Shown here one piece after another: positions 62,364 through 64,000 of a DNA stretch of 64,000 bases. Source of the DNA: Camelus dromedarius (lineage: Eukaryota); contig NC_087454.1 of assembly GCF_036321535.1 (NCBI RefSeq), positions 17,484,001-17,548,000 of the forward strand, in the 5' to 3' direction. Positions within the stretch are counted from its first letter, which is position 1; each line of letters starts with the position of its first letter. The translations under genes were made by a program, and so were the position numbers. The notes beneath the pieces were generated by a model. That model was not told the DNA's origin. It made no database searches and worked only from the letters and a program-made list of their open reading frames with translations.

Positions 62364-64000
62364 CTTAACCGTCAAGATCATTGAATGATGGGCAGAAAAG
62401 CTGAAAATTGTCCATGTTAATGTTACATTTTAATTGATGTGCACTGGTTACATTTCTGTGCAATTGGCTATAATTATAGGGCAGAATGCAATCATATATG
62501 ACCTTGTAACATTATCAAAACTCATCCATTTCCTTTAACATATCTGAAAATATGAAGATAAACACATCAATCTTCCTATGTCAGTTCTTCCAAGGAATAA
62601 AGCCTGAGGGGCCACTGCTGAGGATCATGCAGACGCTGTTTTATATAGTAATGCTTAATGGAAAAAGTGTTGGTTCTACTCCTTACTATCTGAAACTTTC
62701 TTACTGTTTCCTTATCTGTAAAGTACTAATAGTACTGATAGAATAATAATTATGTATAATAGATAATATTAGTACATAACTATTGAACTTACCTTATATT
62801 TTGGAGGCTTCATAGAGTAATGCATGGTTTCTGGCCCACTCAATAATGCACTAAATACATGTTGATTATTTCTACTTAATAAAACTACATACTATTAAAA
62901 TTATGTGAACTCTATCAATCTTTAATTCTGAAATCAGGAATGCCCTAAATGGTAATTCCTTTTTGATAATTTTTTATTTGAAATTCCAATTTGACTAATT
63001 TCCCCAGGGTTTAATTTAGGCCAGGGACTGTTCTAGATGGATTTAATGATATGATAATATGTTTTCTGTGCCCTTTTGGTCCTCATATCTTGACGTTCAA
63101 TATATGGTGAGACAGAAACAGACATTAAAAAACTTGCTGTGCTGGAATCTCAAAGTACAGGATATGGGAAAGCACGTTTTAGTATGGAATGACTTTATCT
63201 AACGTTACAAATATGTAAAACTCCATTATTGGAATTATAAATAACTATTTTTTCCATATTGACCCAGATGTGCCACTTTTCAGCACTCAAGTCTCAATGT
63301 CTGACAGATTTCCAAGAATAAAGATTTCTTCTATAAAACCTCCAGAAGCTCTTACAATGGCTAACTTGGCCTGTGTATCTATTTACAGCTTTGTTTCTGT
63401 TAAACTTATCAGACTATCCGCCTAGTGATTTTCAAGGGGAAACAACCCACTAAAAGAGATAAATTAATAGAAGCCTCTCAAATTTGTTAAGCATAGCTCA
63501 CCCATCTTGAAACTCAAATTTGCTGAAGTGTTTGAATAGACATAAAATCTTTCCAATCAGTATACAGTATCCAAATAGTAAGAACATTTCTACATTTCCA
63601 GATAACAGTATGTATTTTTTCAGAGCAAAATTCGTGATTTATTTTGCCTCCAGCTACCACTTTAGAAGTAGTGAGGAATTTATTTCTTCCACGGGAATGG
63701 AATATCTATTTAATACAGAATAGTGTAACACTGCTGTTTTGTATGGATGAGAAGAAAGCGAGGATAGACAATTTTCTGCAAGAGGGAACTCTCAAGCTTC
63801 CAATGGATTTTCATGTGTTACTGACAAATGTGAGGTACTTTCATGAGATTTCATTTGGATTAAGATAATTTAGGAAAACAGACTCCTTTTAAGGGTGTCA
63901 GATTTAACGGCTCATTGATTCCTAGGTTCTTCATGCAGTTCATTCATATCCAGCTACTTTTGTTGGTTGTTTTGGACCTTGTAGATCAGACTTTGGTAAA

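Noticed and set aside
59000-64000. Search for further histone genes or exons
   Set aside because: Only AT-rich DNA, old repeat fragments and microsatellites; no stem-loop or histone motif found.

Overview
Mammalian genomic DNA from inside the major replication-dependent histone cluster (HIST1-type). The short tRNA-derived SINEs and L1 tails point to a camelid genome (inference). I can support 13 histone genes with apparently intact frames (3 H1, 3 H2B, 2 H2A, 2 H3, 3 H4), each with a 3' stem-loop, plus 5 histone pseudogenes or relics; two of the relics (H2A at ~4.5 kb, H2B at ~46.3 kb) are not identified as histones in the ORF track. Nine N-runs hide much of the H2A/H2B/H3 coding sequence, so those CDS calls rest on visible ends and exact expected lengths. 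Main points of interest: (1) two strongly diverged but frame-intact H1 genes that share a duplicated ~3 kb 5' flank and keep the TG-box exactly 353 nt upstream of the AC-box, as canonical H1.3 does; (2) an orphan CpG/triple-CCAAT promoter with a splice donor; (3) an H2B whose damaged stem-loop is followed by a splice donor; (4) H4 S1P and H2B E71D variants; (5) a solo LTR without a target-site duplication that truncates an H3 gene; (6) a gene order suggesting an inversion relative to human. Most other ORFs in the track are antisense or alternate-frame shadows of histone genes, or chance ORFs in repeats.
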